NCBI GenBank assembly: GCA_964493715.1 | Contig: CAZBPC010000070.1 | Location: 1 to 17,496, forward strand | Source: an uncultured archaeon | Lineage (GTDB): Archaea; Asgardarchaeota; Lokiarchaeia; Sigyniarchaeales; SOKP01 | Length of the DNA: 17,496 nt | Direction of reading: 5' to 3' | Shown: positions 15,591-17,496 of the stretch, in pieces | Layout of the letters: each line of letters begins with the position of its first letter | Numbering within the stretch: the first letter of the stretch is position 1 | Made by a program: the position numbers and the translations under genes | Notes under the pieces: model-generated | What the model saw: the letters and a program-made list of their open reading frames with translations, nothing else | Database searches by the model: none | Told to the model about the DNA's origin: nothing

Positions 15591-16673
15591 ATGAGATTAT
15601 CAAATCAAAAAGAAGGCCTAATTATTCTCACAATTTCAATATTGTTCATTATTTCATGTATATTAATTATCTATTTCGAAGTGTTGCTTAAAAATCACTT
15701 TTTTATTGTAAATTTCTTATATATCCCAACAATTTTGTCTTGTTTATATTGGAAAAGAAAAGGTTTATTCGTACCTATTATCCTAATTGTTTTCTTATTA
15801 GTAGTCCAAATTAGTCAAGGAGTATCATTCTTAGGAGAAAATGCTATTAATGGTCTTTCGATAAAGATTTCGATATTAATCGTTGGAATCATAGTAGCGG
15901 TTCTATCTGAAAAGATTTTAAAAAAAGAAATCGAGTTAAATGATATAATTAAAGATTTGAAGCGCTCAAACGAGGATCTTCAGCAATTTGCTTATGTAAC
16001 TTCCCACGATTTACAAGAACCTCTTAGGGCAATCATTAGTTTTTCTCAACTCTTAGAGGAAAAGTATCATAACAAATTAGACAAGGATGGTAAGGAATTT
16101 ATTTATTTTATTACTGATGGAGCAAAACGTATGAATATACTTATAAAAGACTTATTGAGTTATTCTCGAATTATTACTCAAGCAAAACCTTTTGAATGGC
16201 ATAATCTAGAACCAATTTTAAAAGATGCTTTATTCAATTTACAAGAAGCAATTAAAGAAAGCGGTGCTGTTATTACTTATGATCCCCTACCCACATTGAA
16301 GGTTGATCGAATTCAATTTTTACAATTATTTCAAAATTTCCTGAGTAATGCAATTAAATTTCGTAAAAATGAGCCTCCGGTTATTCACATTGGGGTTAAT
16401 CGATTAAATAATAAATGGGTGTTTTCAATTAAAGATAATGGTATAGGAATAGATTCCAAATATCATGATCGCCTTTATAATATTTTTTATCGCTTGCACA
16501 CCAAAGAAGAATATCCTGGAACAGGGATTGGTTTGCCTATATGTAAAAAAATTATTCAGAGATATGGTGGAGAAATATGGGTGGAATCTGAACTTGGAAA
16601 AGGTTCTACATTCTTTTTTACAATCATGACTAAAAAAGTTAAAAATCATCAGAGGGAAAATTATTTATCATGA
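15591..16673 (+). CDS. Membrane-bound sensor histidine kinase (4 N-terminal TM segments; Cph1/bacteriophytochrome-type HisKA-HATPase core, no photosensory module)
   Basis: H-box FAYVTSHDLQEPLR, N-box QLFQNFLSNAIKF, G1 IKDNGIGI, F-box IFYRLH, G2 YPGTGIGLPICKKI, and ESELGKGSTFFF. Four hydrophobic segments in aa ~9-106. Confidence 0.93.
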   Translation: MRLSNQKEGLIILTISILFIISCILIIYFEVLLKNHFFIVNFLYIPTILSCLYWKRKGLFVPIILIVFLLVVQISQGVSFLGENAINGLSIKISILIVGIIVAVLSEKILKKEIELNDIIKDLKRSNEDLQQFAYVTSHDLQEPLRAIISFSQLLEEKYHNKLDKDGKEFIYFITDGAKRMNILIKDLLSYSRIITQAKPFEWHNLEPILKDALFNLQEAIKESGAVITYDPLPTLKVDRIQFLQLFQNFLSNAIKFRKNEPPVIHIGVNRLNNKWVFSIKDNGIGIDSKYHDRLYNIFYRLHTKEEYPGTGIGLPICKKIIQRYGGEIWVESELGKGSTFFFTIMTKKVKNHQRENYLS

Positions 16674-17095
16674 ACGATAACAGTAAGAAATACTTTAAGA
16701 TTTTGCTTGTGGAAGATAATCCCGCAGATATCAGCCTTACAAAAGAAGCTCTAAATAAAAATGATGTTATTACTGAAGTATACGTAGTCCATAATGGAGT
16801 AGAGACATTACACTTTTTAGAAAAAAAAACTCGCCCCGACTTAATCTTTTTGGATCTCAATTTGCCAAAAATGACTGGTTTGGAAGTGTTAAAAGAAATT
16901 AAAGAACATGAAGAATACAGAAGAATTCCTGTTGTAATTTTAACGATATCTGCTAACGAGGAGGATTTAAAAAAAGCATATGATCTTCACGCTAATTGTT
17001 ATGTAAACAAACCATTGGAAATCAAGGAATTTTATGAAATTATGAAATCTATTACAGATTTCTTTTTTAAAACAGTTAGACTCTCAAATATTTAG
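16670..17095 (+). CDS. Single-domain response regulator, Rcp1-like
   Basis: ILLVEDNPAD, PDLIFLDLNLPK.TGLEVL, IPVVILTIS...AYDLHANCYVNKP. ATGA overlap with the kinase stop. Confidence 0.92.
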   Translation: MNDNSKKYFKILLVEDNPADISLTKEALNKNDVITEVYVVHNGVETLHFLEKKTRPDLIFLDLNLPKMTGLEVLKEIKEHEEYRRIPVVILTISANEEDLKKAYDLHANCYVNKPLEIKEFYEIMKSITDFFFKTVRLSNI

Positions 17096-17139
17096 AGTTA
17101 TGTAAGAAAAAGGACTCAAAAAATAGTAGAATTTAAATA

Positions 17140-17358
17140 TTATTTAATAGCTAAAACTACATTTTTATCGTGATATGTGGCATCTAAGGTTAATTTGATT
17201 TTAGGTTGATTAAAGTCTTCAATCGAATTACAATTCCAAGGTCTACAAATCCGATCATCACCAAAAACTACACCATGACAGATTGTATATTCTTCACAGG
17301 AATGGTAAATTCTCGTTCCTAAACTATATTCCATATCACATTTTGGACACTTGACCAA
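17140..17358 (-). CDS. Small Cys/His-rich putative metal-binding protein (72 aa)
   Basis: MVKCPKC...HSC...CHG...C...WNC. The ORF-track GTG (17367) lies within an SD-like AAGGTGA, 5 nt before the in-frame TTG at 17358, which is the more likely start. The ORF fills otherwise empty space. Confidence 0.65.
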   Translation of the reverse strand: MVKCPKCDMEYSLGTRIYHSCEEYTICHGVVFGDDRICRPWNCNSIEDFNQPKIKLTLDATYHDKNVVLAIK

Positions 17359-17372
17359 TTTTTTCACCTTAC

Positions 17373-17385
17373 CGAATAAAAATCA
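17373..17385 (-). promoter_or_regulatory. Putative Lrp/FFRP-type operator TGATT-TTT-ATTCG upstream of small Cys-rich gene
   Basis: Same orientation and similar distance to the start codon as the gdhA site, and 12/13 identical to it. Confidence 0.45.
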
Positions 17386-17496
17386 TTTATTATAATAACT
17401 AAATTTCAATTATTTTAGTTGATATACGTTATAATATATTAATTTATTTTATTTAAATTCATCGTAATAAATTCGGTTATTTTAAATTCTATCATA

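Noticed and set aside
15591-16673. Calling the kinase a phytochrome
   Set aside because: There is no PAS-GAF-PHY module or chromophore-binding domain; the N-terminus is only four TM segments.
16425-16860. Minus-strand ORFs 16425-16649 and 16639-16860
   Set aside because: Antisense shadows of the kinase and receiver genes.
3598-17095. HeR as the light input to the phytochrome-type kinase/Rcp1 pair
   Set aside because: The genes are about 11 kb apart with unrelated genes between them. Cph1-type kinase cores without photosensory domains are common and do not imply light sensing, so nothing in the sequence links the two.
1-17496. CRISPR arrays, tRNA/rRNA genes, IS elements/integrases, recoding signals
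   Set aside because: I saw no repeat-spacer periodicity, cloverleaf or rRNA-like GC-rich tracts, transposase or integrase motifs, or interrupted frames.

Overview
AT-rich, gene-dense archaeal-type window with 14 supportable CDSs. I found no RNA genes, CRISPR arrays or mobile elements. An Asgard (Lokiarchaeia-like) origin is inferred from a longin-like protein, archaeal-style GGTGA/GGAGG Shine-Dalgarno motifs, frequent TTG/GTG starts and oligo-T terminators. In order, the window encodes: a Cys-rich Fe-S/ferredoxin protein; a SAM methyltransferase fused to a CorA-like 2-TM module; a heliorhodopsin; an acyl-CoA dehydrogenase; a pelota/eRF1-like protein lacking the N-domain; iorAB; a Cys4-longin-helical protein; a secreted permuted NlpC/P60 enzyme; gdhA; a receiver-Lrp/AsnC fusion regulator; a Cph1-type membrane histidine kinase with an Rcp1-like receiver; and a small Cys-rich protein. 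The strongest candidate for an undescribed system is a phosphorelay ending in a REC-Lrp/AsnC transcription factor. A recurring 13-bp 5-3-5 semi-palindrome (YGWWW-WWW-WTTCR, the Lrp/FFRP site architecture) lies upstream of iorAB, gdhA, the regulator/kinase pair and the small Cys-rich gene, which suggests a kinase-controlled amino-acid-catabolism regulon. All family assignments come from motif recognition by eye, not from database searches.
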